NCBI GenBank assembly: GCA_038063875.1
Contig: JBBTUH010000001.1
Span: forward strand, 1 to 62,950
Length of the DNA: 62,950 bases
Direction of reading: 5' to 3'
Source of the DNA: Patescibacteria group bacterium
GTDB lineage: Bacteria; Patescibacteriota; Microgenomatia; UBA10105; UBA927
A program made the translations under genes and the position numbers. Positions 31,274-41,294 of this stretch are shown in pieces. The notes under the pieces were generated by a model. The model saw only the letters and a program-made list of their open reading frames with translations, was not told the origin of the DNA and did no database searches. The first letter of the stretch is position 1. Each line of letters begins with the position of its first letter.

Positions 31274-33286
31274 ATGCAACTTGAACTCTCATCTCCTGCT
31301 CAATATGTGCCTCGCGTCGGTCCTGCGATGGCAGAAAAATTAGAAAAACTCGGCATCTTCACGGTGCGTGACCTTCTCTATCACATACCATTTCGCTACA
31401 ACGATTATCGTCACACGACTAAAATCAGTGGTATACGACCAGAAGAGACAGTGACCGTCGTCGGGACGATCGAATCGATCGTTAACATTTTCACCAAATC
31501 AGGCAAACGCATGCAAAAAGCAGTGTTATCAGATCAGACGGGACACATAGAATGCGTATGGTACAACCAAATGTTTCTCACCAAAATACTCAAACCACAA
31601 ACTACCGTGAGTGTCTCAGGCAAAGCCAATTGGTTTGCGTCCAAACTCGTATTAGAATCACCAGTCTATGAGCCGATGGACGGAATAGATGCACATCTAC
31701 ATACCGGTCGCCTTGTACCGATATATCCAGAGACCGCAGGCGTCACATCCAAATGGCTGCGGGGTCGCATACATTTCATCCTCCAAACATGTCTGCCTCA
31801 TTTACAAGAATCACTTTCACAAGATATTCTTACTCGTCAAAAACTCATACCACTTACGAGAGCATTACAAAATGTCCATTTTCCAACAACACTTGACGAG
31901 GCGCAAACAGCCAAAGCAAGACTCGCATTTGATGAAATGTTTCTTCTTATCGCCAAATCAGCATACAGAAAGAAGCAACGTGAGCTTCTTACCCACGCAC
32001 CAGTATTAACAATACATGATGCACCACTTGAAACGATTATCACACGATTACCATTTGGCTTAACTGACGATCAATTACAGTCGATCAAGGAAATACGACA
32101 GGATATTGGCAAAAATATTCCCATGAATAGACTTCTTGAGGGAGACGTGGGATCAGGGAAAACGGTGGTCGCAGCAATAGCTATGTATATAGCTCACACG
32201 AGTGGATTTCCCTCAATCCTGATGGCACCAACGCAAATACTTGCTACCCAGCATTATGTAACGATTACAAAATTATTTGAAAAATTCCCTCTTCGCATTC
32301 GATTAATTACAGGACAAAAAAAAGAGAATAAAAATTATACTGAAAAGGCAACCGCTCATATCACCATTGGTACTCACGCACTCTTAACCGATCGTGACGT
32401 AATACAACACGTGGGTCTTGTGGTCATTGATGAACAACAACGTTTTGGTGTGACACAAAGAAATATATTATTAGCATCCACTCCGCATTTACTGACGATG
32501 ACCGCGACTCCAATTCCACGCACTCTTGCACGTGTCGTATATGGCGAGATGGATCTCTCAACGCTCATGCACATGCCTTCAGGCCGCAAAAAAATCACGA
32601 CATGGGTCGTGCCAGAAGAGAAACGCAATGGGGGATACGAATGGATACGAAAAGAATTAACTACACATAAAACACAAGCCTTTATCGTGTGTCCTCTCAT
32701 AGAAGAATCGGATACATTACTCACGGTAAAAGCCGCGACGACGGAGTATGAACGACTCAAAGCGAAAGAGTTTAAAGATTTTCGCGTCGGGCTCTTACAC
32801 GGTCGCATGAAACCCAAAGAAAAAGACACAGTACTTTCCGACTTTCGTACCAAAAAACTCGACATCCTCGTCTCCACCCCAGTGGTAGAAGTAGGCATCG
32901 ATATCCAAAACGCCACTATCATGGTGATTGAGGCAGCTGACCGATTTGGTCTATCCCAGCTTCATCAACTTCGCGGTCGAGTGGGAAGAAGTGATCTGTC
33001 CTCATACTGTTTGCTGTTTACCGAAAGTACCAAGGATCATGCGATAGAGCGCCTAAAGGCGTTAGAAACCACCCACAGCGGACCAGAACTAGCAGAACTT
33101 GATCTGACGCTTAGAGGCCCCGGTCAACTCTTTGGAACGAGGCAACACGGATTGCCGGATCTTAAAATCGCGACCTACACTGATCCTGTACTTGTTCATG
33201 CCGCAAAAAAAGAAGTGGAAGGACTTTCAATTACCCTCTTGAGCGAAATGTTCAAAGAGAGTAAAATTGAGTCAATTGCAGATTAA
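31274..33286 (+). CDS. recG: ATP-dependent DNA helicase RecG
   Basis: Wedge/OB N-domain, Walker A GDVGSGKTVVA, DEQQ box VIDEQQRFGV, and helicase C motifs QLHQLRGRVGR. Confidence 0.92.
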   Translation: MQLELSSPAQYVPRVGPAMAEKLEKLGIFTVRDLLYHIPFRYNDYRHTTKISGIRPEETVTVVGTIESIVNIFTKSGKRMQKAVLSDQTGHIECVWYNQMFLTKILKPQTTVSVSGKANWFASKLVLESPVYEPMDGIDAHLHTGRLVPIYPETAGVTSKWLRGRIHFILQTCLPHLQESLSQDILTRQKLIPLTRALQNVHFPTTLDEAQTAKARLAFDEMFLLIAKSAYRKKQRELLTHAPVLTIHDAPLETIITRLPFGLTDDQLQSIKEIRQDIGKNIPMNRLLEGDVGSGKTVVAAIAMYIAHTSGFPSILMAPTQILATQHYVTITKLFEKFPLRIRLITGQKKENKNYTEKATAHITIGTHALLTDRDVIQHVGLVVIDEQQRFGVTQRNILLASTPHLLTMTATPIPRTLARVVYGEMDLSTLMHMPSGRKKITTWVVPEEKRNGGYEWIRKELTTHKTQAFIVCPLIEESDTLLTVKAATTEYERLKAKEFKDFRVGLLHGRMKPKEKDTVLSDFRTKKLDILVSTPVVEVGIDIQNATIMVIEAADRFGLSQLHQLRGRVGRSDLSSYCLLFTESTKDHAIERLKALETTHSGPELAELDLTLRGPGQLFGTRQHGLPDLKIATYTDPVLVHAAKKEVEGLSITLLSEMFKESKIESIAD

Positions 33287-33289
33287 ATT

Positions 33290-33487
33290 ATGGCACCACT
33301 ACCAAAACGCAAACATTCAACACGAAGAAAAGGCAAACGTAGAGCCGCTTTATTCGTATCTTTATTAAAGATTTCCGCATGTCCCAAATGCGGCAAAGGT
33401 CGTATGCCACACCGCATGTGCCGCTATTGCGGATACTACAAAGACCGCGTCATAGTAGCACCTAAAACAAAAAAAGTGAAGAAATGA
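33290..33487 (+). CDS. rpmF: 50S ribosomal protein L32
   Basis: MAPLPKRKHSTRRKGKRRA plus the zinc ribbon CPKCG...CRYCG. Confidence 0.9.
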   Translation: MAPLPKRKHSTRRKGKRRAALFVSLLKISACPKCGKGRMPHRMCRYCGYYKDRVIVAPKTKKVKK

Positions 33488-33831
33488 AAACTTCGCAAGA
33501 TCCGCGCCATCAACATCGCATCAGTCTGATGCAATCGTTATTTTCCTATAGCTTCAATGACCAACGCAATCACAAGGCCATAGACCAAATTCTTGAAAAA
33601 ATTACTGATATAGATCAAAAAATAGAGCAGGCAGCGCCAGAATGGCCTATCGAAAAAATAGCCAAAATTGATGCAGCAATTTTGCGACTTGCAGTGTATG
33701 AACTTATATTCCAAAAAGAAATACCGATAAAAGTCGTTATTGACGAAGCGGTGGAACTTGCGAAAGAATTTGGGAATGATCAAAGTGCCAAGTTTGTTAA
33801 CGGCGCATTGGGTGCTATAGTAAAACTATGA
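33484..33831 (+). CDS. nusB: transcription antitermination factor NusB (short)
   Basis: The C-terminal VIDEAVELAKEFGNDQSAKFVNGALGAI is the NusB signature. Confidence 0.8.
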   Translation: MKTSQDPRHQHRISLMQSLFSYSFNDQRNHKAIDQILEKITDIDQKIEQAAPEWPIEKIAKIDAAILRLAVYELIFQKEIPIKVVIDEAVELAKEFGNDQSAKFVNGALGAIVKL

Positions 33832-34514
33832 CGCTTGAATCACTGCAACAATCAATTGGCGTACAATTTGAAAATCAAACACTCTTAAAACAAGCGTTTG
33901 TGCATCGATCCTATCTTAACGAATCCAAGGAATTCCCAGAATCAAACGAGAGACTCGAATTCTTAGGGGACGCAATACTCTCCTTTATCACATCCGAATA
34001 CCTCTATCGCACGTACCCACAGTACCCAGAGGGGACACTCACAAACGTCCGCTCCACACTGGTCAAAACTACCAGTTTAGCAATCACGAGTGCAGAACTA
34101 GCATTAGGACAACTCCTTCTTCTCTCACGCGGAGAGGAAAGCTCTGGCGGTAGGACCAACCAATCACTACTGGCTGACTGCTTTGAAGCGCTCCTTGGCG
34201 CGATATTTCTCGATCAGGGGATAGAGGTAGCCAAAGGATTTGTGGTCAAAGTACTACTGGTAAAAACTGAGGCAATCATCAAAAACAAAAGCTATGTAGA
34301 CTACAAAAGTTTGTTACAAGAACTCGTACAAGAAGAAACCAAAATATCTCCAACGTATACCGTGATAAAAAGCGAAGGTCCTGACCACAATAAGACATTT
34401 TATGTCGAGGTCATGATGGGGGAAAAAGCATTAGGGCAAGGCAAAGGCAAGTCAAAGCAGGAAGCCGAACAAGATGCCGCGACCAAGGCTCTTGAGATCA
34501 GAAAGAAGAAATGA
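33828..34514 (+). CDS. rnc: ribonuclease III
   Basis: NERLEFLGDAIL catalytic signature and a C-terminal dsRBD (GPDHNKTFYVEV...GKGKSKQEAEQDAA). Confidence 0.92.
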   Translation: MTLESLQQSIGVQFENQTLLKQAFVHRSYLNESKEFPESNERLEFLGDAILSFITSEYLYRTYPQYPEGTLTNVRSTLVKTTSLAITSAELALGQLLLLSRGEESSGGRTNQSLLADCFEALLGAIFLDQGIEVAKGFVVKVLLVKTEAIIKNKSYVDYKSLLQELVQEETKISPTYTVIKSEGPDHNKTFYVEVMMGEKALGQGKGKSKQEAEQDAATKALEIRKKK

Positions 34515-34526
34515 TAGAATACGTTC

Positions 34527-34763
34527 ATGCTCAAAATTAGACTCGCTCAATACGGCTCCAAAAATAGACGAACGTTTCGCATCGTGGCAATTGACGAAAG
34601 CAAACGACGAAATGGGAAACCTGTTGAAATTCTCGGATTTTATAACCCACTGGTGAAACCTGCACAATTTAAAATTGATCAAGAGCGTCTTACCTATTGG
34701 AAATCACAAGGAGCAGTCATCACCATAGGCGTCTCTAAGCTTCTTACGACGAAAACTTCATGA
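34527..34763 (+). CDS. rpsP: 30S ribosomal protein S16
   Basis: MLKIRLAQYGSKNRRTFRIVAIDESKRRNGKPVEILGFYNP. Confidence 0.92.
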   Translation: MLKIRLAQYGSKNRRTFRIVAIDESKRRNGKPVEILGFYNPLVKPAQFKIDQERLTYWKSQGAVITIGVSKLLTTKTS

Positions 34764-35011
34764 AAGACACACTTACGTATTTAGTCACGGCAATCGTGGA
34801 TCATCCAGAAGATGTGGTCATAGACGAGCGAAACGTTGAAGACATGATCGTATTCACGATCCACGTCCATCAAGAGGACATGGGCAAAATCATCGGTAAA
34901 AGCGGGAGAATCATCCGTGCAATCCGCGACCTGATCAAAATCTTGGCAGCCAAGAAGAATTTGTACGTCGATGTCGAGATCGCAGAAGACAACAAAGTTC
35001 CTGCGTCTTAA
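34760..35011 (+). CDS. KH-domain RNA-binding protein (YlqC/UPF0109-like)
   Basis: GKIIGKSGRIIRAIRDL is a GxxG KH motif. The conserved position between rpsP and trmD supports the call. Confidence 0.8.
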   Translation: MKDTLTYLVTAIVDHPEDVVIDERNVEDMIVFTIHVHQEDMGKIIGKSGRIIRAIRDLIKILAAKKNLYVDVEIAEDNKVPAS

Positions 35012-35671
35012 ATGAAATTCTCGATCATCACACTTTTTCCTGACATGTTTACCAGCCCGTTTGCGTACTCCATCATCAAACGCGCGGTAGAAAAAAATCA
35101 AATACACATCGATATCGTCAATCTTCGTGACTTTTCGACAGACGCATACAAATCCGTTGATGACAGACCATACGGCGGGGGAGCAGGGATGATACTACGC
35201 GTCGATATAATAGATAAAGCCTTAAAAAGTATTAAAAAGGGTCACACTATTTTACTAGACCCAGGCGGAACACCATATAAACAATCCATGGCCAAACAAT
35301 TAGCAACCACCTATGACCACATCATCCTTCTTTGCGGCCACTATGAAGGTATAGATGAGCGCGTACGATCGCTTGTAGATCAGGAAATCTCCATCGGTGA
35401 CTATGTGCTCACGGGTGGTGAAATACCAACACTCGTAGTCGTTGATAGCGTCACTCGATTGCTGACCGGTGTATTGTCCAAACCCGAAGCTACAGTGCAT
35501 GAATCTTTTACCGAGGCGCTTCTTGAGTACCCACAATATACACGGCCTGCATCATACAAAGATCAAACAGTCCCAGAAATTCTTCTTTCAGGAGATCACA
35601 AAAAAATTGCCGCATGGCAAAAGGCGCAAGCGATCAAAAAAACGAAACATACACGTCCTGACCTTCTTTAG
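35012..35671 (+). CDS. trmD: tRNA (guanine37-N1)-methyltransferase
   Basis: ITLFPDMF, DDRPYGGGAGM, LCGHYEGIDERV and DYVLTGGE motifs. Confidence 0.92.
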   Translation: MKFSIITLFPDMFTSPFAYSIIKRAVEKNQIHIDIVNLRDFSTDAYKSVDDRPYGGGAGMILRVDIIDKALKSIKKGHTILLDPGGTPYKQSMAKQLATTYDHIILLCGHYEGIDERVRSLVDQEISIGDYVLTGGEIPTLVVVDSVTRLLTGVLSKPEATVHESFTEALLEYPQYTRPASYKDQTVPEILLSGDHKKIAAWQKAQAIKKTKHTRPDLL

Positions 35672-36414
35672 GGAGCAAATGGATTAAGCTTTTGTTCGGT
35701 GACGCTGTTAGGGGTTGGAAGCACAACGTGGGCGTTTGTCGCTTGTGAAAGAAGCGGAAATAAGGACAACGTATCTATCGTCGCTAACTCTCCATCAGTA
35801 ATAGCGGTGATCACCAATCCGGCGCCGCCAAGCGCCGTGACGCTGGGCTCATAAAACGCATCCATGATAAGGGAAACGGTCAATGGTTTATCATTTTTCG
35901 GAAACTGTATGGCAAACGATCGTATCCTCATCAGTCTCCTGACCGTCGGCGCAAGCGTGATAAACTTCTGAATAGATGGAAAGTTTCCTACGACACTCAC
36001 GGTAAAGGGTAATATGCGTGTGCCGAGTTGTTTCTCCAGTGGCGTTTGCTTTATCGCTGATGCAGAGGATACTTTTCCACCCGCAACACTCATATCCAGT
36101 ATCGTCACATCAGTCTCAGCGGCGACCAACTCGACCGTGCCAAAAAGCCCCGGAATATCTTTGTCTCCCGGTACTGCCGAGTACACGATGCCCAATTTAT
36201 CACGAAGTTCCGTCTCATCGTAGCTTTCCAATATGGAGATTTTTTTCTCCAGTGCGGCGTTGTCTTGACTCATCGACTGCGCGATCAAGACGAGTTCTCC
36301 TATTTTTTTCATCGACGGTATGACACCGCCAAACACCGCGATAATACAAAAGATAAGTGCCACGACAGATACCGCGATGCCTTGATAGAGTCTGATAAAT
36401 CGTTGTGTATCCAT
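35668..36414 (-). CDS. PilO-like type IV pilus assembly protein
   Basis: N-terminal TM followed by a coiled coil, then a ferredoxin-like C-terminal part. It sits directly downstream of the pilM and pilN-like genes. Confidence 0.5.
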   Translation of the reverse strand: MDTQRFIRLYQGIAVSVVALIFCIIAVFGGVIPSMKKIGELVLIAQSMSQDNAALEKKISILESYDETELRDKLGIVYSAVPGDKDIPGLFGTVELVAAETDVTILDMSVAGGKVSSASAIKQTPLEKQLGTRILPFTVSVVGNFPSIQKFITLAPTVRRLMRIRSFAIQFPKNDKPLTVSLIMDAFYEPSVTALGGAGLVITAITDGELATIDTLSLFPLLSQATNAHVVLPTPNSVTEQKLNPFAP

Positions 36415-36417
36415 ACG

Positions 36418-36960
36418 TTATAAATTCGCGATAAAGGATAACGATATATCCACAAACCCTGTTTCTTTCAGTGAAAACGATAACATCTGCGGACTCCGAA
36501 GCCTTTTTTCTTCTACCAAAAACAAAACATTTGCAATCATCAAGACCGCGTCCTCCATGTTCGCAAGCTTTACGGTAATGGTCGATCTTCCCACGTCATC
36601 AATCGACAAGTTGGTAAAATATTCTGCTGGTGCGATCGATTCTAAAAGAGGAAATAAATTACCATAGGGCTTTGCCGCATCCAGCCCCCTCCATGCGATA
36701 AATGCACGTTGCTTTAACGAAACCAAAAATCCTTCTTTCACCGTCTGTGCGCGTATGGATTGAAGGAGTGTATCGTTTTTTTGTGATACTTGATCAGCCT
36801 GATACCGCGCATACAGATACCCCGTCCCGATGAGCACACCGAGAACCAGAAGCCCTGTAAGCGACCACCACATCATCAAAGATAAATATCGCTCTATCGT
36901 AGTAATCGTGCCTCGTGCACTCGAAGATTTTTTCAGTAAATTAATTTCTGGCTTTGCCAT
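36418..36960 (-). CDS. PilN-like type IV pilus assembly protein
   Basis: MAKPEINLLKK (the INLL motif) followed by one TM helix. The ORF extends to 36993; the ATG at 36960 is preferred because it avoids overlap with pilM. Confidence 0.55.
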   Translation of the reverse strand: MAKPEINLLKKSSSARGTITTIERYLSLMMWWSLTGLLVLGVLIGTGYLYARYQADQVSQKNDTLLQSIRAQTVKEGFLVSLKQRAFIAWRGLDAAKPYGNLFPLLESIAPAEYFTNLSIDDVGRSTITVKLANMEDAVLMIANVLFLVEEKRLRSPQMLSFSLKETGFVDISLSFIANL

Positions 36961-36973
36961 ATATAGACACTCC

Positions 36974-38005
36974 CTAGTCTTGTCGAAGCGCAAGACCTGC
37001 CGCTACAGCAAATGTCGTACCCTCTGCGTCAAGCACACGGAAGCGCTGATCACGTGTGATTCCTACCCAAGGGTTGGCAAGCTGTACTTCTACGCCCAAA
37101 TTTTCTGCCATATAGACGACCATACCAGGAAGCTTGGCAGTTCCCCCAGAGAGAACCACTACTTCTATTTTTTCGTTATTATATTTTTGGGTATAAAATG
37201 CGATAGCACGCTTCATTTCACCGACAATGGTGTCCATAATGGGTTTGACTGCCATAACAATTTTTCCCTGCAATTTATTTTGCTCCACACCATAGGTACG
37301 CTTAAATTCTTCTGCCTGTGCAGTATTAAAATCAAGACTAGAGACTAAGGCACGAGACAGCGCCTCACCACCAGCGGCTATTGATCTGGTAAATGCAATA
37401 ACCCCTCCACGAAGAATGGCAAAATCCGTTGTTTGCGCACCCAGAGAGGCTAGTAACACAGCGCCTTTTATATTTGCCACGGATGACACGAGCGATCGCG
37501 ATGCAGCAATAATTTCTGTCTCAGCCGCGACAGGAATGAGCTCTGCCATCTCTATAATGGAGAGATATTTCTCTAGAAGTATTTTAGGACACGCGACGAG
37601 TAATACATCCATCTTGTCTGTGCCAGTTTCTTTGGCATCACGAAGTATCGAGTAGTCTAAATTGACCTGATCTAAGGGTAACGGTATGTACTGCTCAGCC
37701 TCCCAATTGATAGCCGAGGATAACTCACGAGTCGAGAGTGCTGGCACTTCTATTACACGGGTAAATACTTGTGATTCTGGAAGAGCAAGCGCGACAGAGC
37801 TTGTCTTTACCCCTGCTTCTTTCATCAGCTGCCGAATAGCCACGGCGATTGATTGTTGGTCAGCCGCGATAGGGGAGGAGAGCGCTTTGGGTGGAGTAGG
37901 TATAGATCCGGCGGAAAGAAGTGTCTTTAGCGTACCTTGAGAGGCTATTTCGATAAGCTTAATGCTATGAGATCCGATGTCCAACCCGAGCAGTGATTTT
38001 GCCAT
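36974..38005 (-). CDS. pilM: type IV pilus assembly ATPase-fold protein PilM
   Basis: Actin-like fold with N-terminus LGLDIGSHSIKLIEI. SD AGGAAG lies upstream. Confidence 0.85.
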   Translation of the reverse strand: MAKSLLGLDIGSHSIKLIEIASQGTLKTLLSAGSIPTPPKALSSPIAADQQSIAVAIRQLMKEAGVKTSSVALALPESQVFTRVIEVPALSTRELSSAINWEAEQYIPLPLDQVNLDYSILRDAKETGTDKMDVLLVACPKILLEKYLSIIEMAELIPVAAETEIIAASRSLVSSVANIKGAVLLASLGAQTTDFAILRGGVIAFTRSIAAGGEALSRALVSSLDFNTAQAEEFKRTYGVEQNKLQGKIVMAVKPIMDTIVGEMKRAIAFYTQKYNNEKIEVVVLSGGTAKLPGMVVYMAENLGVEVQLANPWVGITRDQRFRVLDAEGTTFAVAAGLALRQD

Positions 38006-38089
38006 AATATAACTTCCTTATTTTAGTATGGATTATCAACTATAAAGTATCAAGAGGAGACAAGAATTATGTGGCGTATAGTAAATATC

Positions 38090-38908
38090 TTAATTCGACA
38101 ACGACGACTGGCTATAGAGAACAGAATCAAAGATAGATGCTGGCGCTTTGTACTGCTGATATACGACAATTTTTCTCGTGGTACCTGAGTCGGCAGCGCC
38201 GATTGATTCAATCCGTTTTGCCTGTAGTGGGAGTATACCAGCAGCTGGATCAAACGCGATAGTCGTACTTGCATAAAGCGGGTGAATACGAAGCATGAGC
38301 AATGTGTCAGTCGCTACATTAATGCCAAAATCAGTGCTGAAATTAATCGATTTCACATACATATTTGATCTTCCACATCCTGTCCCTGCTGAGGTCGGCG
38401 AAGAAAAATTGTTTATTCCGCGCCTTGAGGCGTCATTATCATATGCCCCTCGAGCAACATAATACGTTCCACTGCGTTTATATATTACAAAGACAGAAAG
38501 GGCTGGGGCCGTTGCCTCCTGACTCCAGCAAAGATTAACAAGGTTCGTACGAAATGAGGTGCTCTCATCAATACTACCGTCTGTGTTATGTTCGACCAAC
38601 CAAAGCGTTTCAGTTTTTGAAGTAGTCGTTTGTTTGGAAAACTCGTACATACCAACCGCACCACCGATATTGGTAACCATTACGGAAAATTGAGCACCAC
38701 TCGACAATATCTCAACCGAATTTACACCACTTTTAAGCGCTGACTCAATCCCTGCTTCTGCGGCATTAAATGCGCGGGCAGAATCCTCACGTTGAGACGT
38801 TATGGCAGTATTTATGGTCGTCCTACCGATAAATGCAAGCACCAACGTAATCGCCACAGTAAGAACTAACAAGGTAATAAACACAATCTGTCCTGCTTGT
38901 TTTTTCAT
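38090..38908 (-). CDS. PilX-like pilus-associated protein (N-terminal hydrophobic anchor, no Glu5)
   Basis: MKKQAGQIVFITLLVLTVAITLVLAF followed by ...AFNAAEAGIESAL, resembling the PilX N-terminal domain. The start at 38908 overlaps the upstream stop by 4 nt. Confidence 0.45.
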   Translation of the reverse strand: MKKQAGQIVFITLLVLTVAITLVLAFIGRTTINTAITSQREDSARAFNAAEAGIESALKSGVNSVEILSSGAQFSVMVTNIGGAVGMYEFSKQTTTSKTETLWLVEHNTDGSIDESTSFRTNLVNLCWSQEATAPALSVFVIYKRSGTYYVARGAYDNDASRRGINNFSSPTSAGTGCGRSNMYVKSINFSTDFGINVATDTLLMLRIHPLYASTTIAFDPAAGILPLQAKRIESIGAADSGTTRKIVVYQQYKAPASIFDSVLYSQSSLSN

Positions 38909-41253
38909 GGTGCCACCTCCTGCCAACTTACCGATGTATCTTTCATCGCTTCAGGCAAATTGATAAGAAATGATGGATCATAGATAAATAACTCTGACGC
39001 AGTCGCTTGGTTTCCTCCTGCAGAGGAAAGATCTCTCTCAAGCGAAACTGCGTTTGCAATAAACATCCCGCTCCCCACAAACCGCTCTGATCCTGAAGTA
39101 CTAACCCCTGTGTGTAACGAATTACCTGCTATATACACACCCTCTATAGAGGGTGTGGAACTTGCCACACTGACGCCAACTGCAGGTGCAAACAAAATGT
39201 CATTCTTTGTAACGACAATGATGACCCCTGTTCCTGATGTGTGCATTTCTCCTCCCACTGTGATACTGCCATCCACAAGAAGGATTAATTGCTCGCCATT
39301 TCCCACACTCCAATCGCCAGTAGTTGTAAGATCCCCAGATATATAGTACGGTGTGGCGCGACTAGCTGGCTTTGCAATAGGAGAAGCGGGATTCGTGTAA
39401 TCAGCAGTCGTTGGAGAACCAAACTTGGCATAAAACATACTATACAAATCTACCGTGGTGTTTTGATGCGATACAAGCCAATTTTTACTGGAAACTATGG
39501 TCTCGCCCTGGCTTGTGGATGCCTGATCAAAATCATACGGTATGACATTAGTCGAGCCATAGAGTGCCATGCCAGGAAACAGTGAACCCGCGGGACCATC
39601 GTCTAGGATGAAGCGCCGCGTGGTGGCAGACGCTGGAATACTAGAAACGAGCCTACCTCCAGCATATACGTCTCCGCCACCTCTGACCTGAAACCACGGT
39701 TCGTACGGACTAAACGAGACATCAAACGTTGTTATAGAATCTGCCACAGCAGTCACACTAGAAGACCCGAATGTGCTCGTCCCGCTTTGCGTGCGACAAT
39801 ACTGTACAACCGACGTAGGCGCCTCTACGGACGAAACGGTATACGTTCCTGCGGTATTTATCCATGAAAGATACGTAGAGCCGCTTTGTGTTTGCTGCCC
39901 TATAGACGTACCATTTCTTGTGACATCAAATACCGATCCAGTTCGATACGCGGTCGATGCTGTTATTTCACCACACGTTTGTGGAGTCGAAGACAAACTC
40001 ACGCCACGTACTTGAATAGTTGCAGGTGGAATTGGGCAGGTTATCGAGCCTATTGAAGAAAAAGTAGTGAAATCATACGTGGTACGACCATACACCGTTC
40101 TACCCGCTGGTATGGAAGCGTCTGTATGGGGAGAAGTTGTCCAACTGTTAAACCACCATTGTGCTGTATCATCCCAAACTTGGAGACCGCTTGCTTGAAT
40201 CGGAGACCAGCCCCATGTAACAGGTGTAGTGCCGACATTGTACGTACCGCAGGACGGAGACGGGACAGGAGGGGTTGGCGGAGCCACCACGGCACACGAA
40301 GCCTGGCAGGTAGCCAGTGTGGCATAACAAGAGACATTATTGGGAGGCGTAACCAGATTTTGAAGATTTTGGGTACAGGTAGAGGCAAGACCGTTCGTGC
40401 AATCTAGAAAACCAGGATTACCAGGTCCATCGTTGGAATAATACGTATTGGTTGTTTGAGCGCACGTTCCATCATTCTGACATCGGTATATCTGCCGGCA
40501 GCAATTGAGAGCGCACGTAGAATATTTGGTTGTATAACAAATACCGGTCGACATCGGCGATCCTCCAGGGTATGGATTTACGACGTATACTGCTAAATTA
40601 GCCTGACACTGATTGATCCCTCCTGTAGTTGGAGGATATGTGGAAGATGTAGCCAAACAGGTATAGCTGTTATTTGGATTGGGGTCAACGTCAGTTCGGC
40701 AGTTATACATATTTATGGGCGGTCCACCTGGAGTTGGGATCGGATCACTCACATTTGGTGGACACGTCTGCGCCTGACCAATGTTAGCTCCTGATGTACA
40801 ATATCTCGTTTGTACATCTGGTGCATAACATGTAGTAGGCGACCAAGCAGACCAACTTGTACAGAGCTCAAGGGTATCTGGATCCGTACAAACCCAACCC
40901 AGTTTACACTGAGGTTCACCATAAGTTTTACAAACTTGAAAACTAGGAGATATACAATTTGCAGAATAACTCCCAGTACATTCATCTTTGTATCCACCAG
41001 GACATATTTCAGAGGGCGGTTTAGTGGGGACGGGGGTAGGTTTTGGATTATTTACACAGTAACACTCATTAACAATCCCGTTCCCACCACCACATGATTG
41101 ACTGGATGAACATACATCCCCACAACAATTATTTTTTGAGCAAGAATTACAAACCTTGGCATTTACTTTTTCCGGAGGAAATGCTTGAATAGATAGTATC
41201 AGTCCGATTATAATTCCTAAAATAACTATCCCACCCAAAACAAATCGCTTCAT
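38905..41253 (-). CDS. large secreted Cys-rich protein, candidate pilus-associated adhesin
   Basis: 782 aa. Signal/anchor MKRFVLGGIVILGIIIGLILS. The N-terminal half carries dense Cys (CNSCSKNNCCGDVCSSSQSC...) and Pro/Thr linkers; the C-terminal part looks beta-rich. No family recognised. Confidence 0.6.
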   Translation of the reverse strand: MKRFVLGGIVILGIIIGLILSIQAFPPEKVNAKVCNSCSKNNCCGDVCSSSQSCGGGNGIVNECYCVNNPKPTPVPTKPPSEICPGGYKDECTGSYSANCISPSFQVCKTYGEPQCKLGWVCTDPDTLELCTSWSAWSPTTCYAPDVQTRYCTSGANIGQAQTCPPNVSDPIPTPGGPPINMYNCRTDVDPNPNNSYTCLATSSTYPPTTGGINQCQANLAVYVVNPYPGGSPMSTGICYTTKYSTCALNCCRQIYRCQNDGTCAQTTNTYYSNDGPGNPGFLDCTNGLASTCTQNLQNLVTPPNNVSCYATLATCQASCAVVAPPTPPVPSPSCGTYNVGTTPVTWGWSPIQASGLQVWDDTAQWWFNSWTTSPHTDASIPAGRTVYGRTTYDFTTFSSIGSITCPIPPATIQVRGVSLSSTPQTCGEITASTAYRTGSVFDVTRNGTSIGQQTQSGSTYLSWINTAGTYTVSSVEAPTSVVQYCRTQSGTSTFGSSSVTAVADSITTFDVSFSPYEPWFQVRGGGDVYAGGRLVSSIPASATTRRFILDDGPAGSLFPGMALYGSTNVIPYDFDQASTSQGETIVSSKNWLVSHQNTTVDLYSMFYAKFGSPTTADYTNPASPIAKPASRATPYYISGDLTTTGDWSVGNGEQLILLVDGSITVGGEMHTSGTGVIIVVTKNDILFAPAVGVSVASSTPSIEGVYIAGNSLHTGVSTSGSERFVGSGMFIANAVSLERDLSSAGGNQATASELFIYDPSFLINLPEAMKDTSVSWQEVAP

Positions 41254-41294
41254 ACAAAAAGGATAGCAAAAAAAACTACGGGAAGCAATGGGAG

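Noticed and set aside
36440-36452. A DnaA-box-like TATCCACA near the pilN-like gene.
   Set aside because: It is a single 8-of-9 match inside a coding region with no cluster of boxes or AT-rich unwinding element. This is not evidence for an origin.
36830-37348. A 172-aa plus-strand ORF, together with many other 60-130-aa ORFs antisense to the pilM/pilN, pilB, gyrA, recG and PBP genes.
   Set aside because: They are embedded antisense in strongly supported genes, have no start-site signals, and have biased or odd composition.
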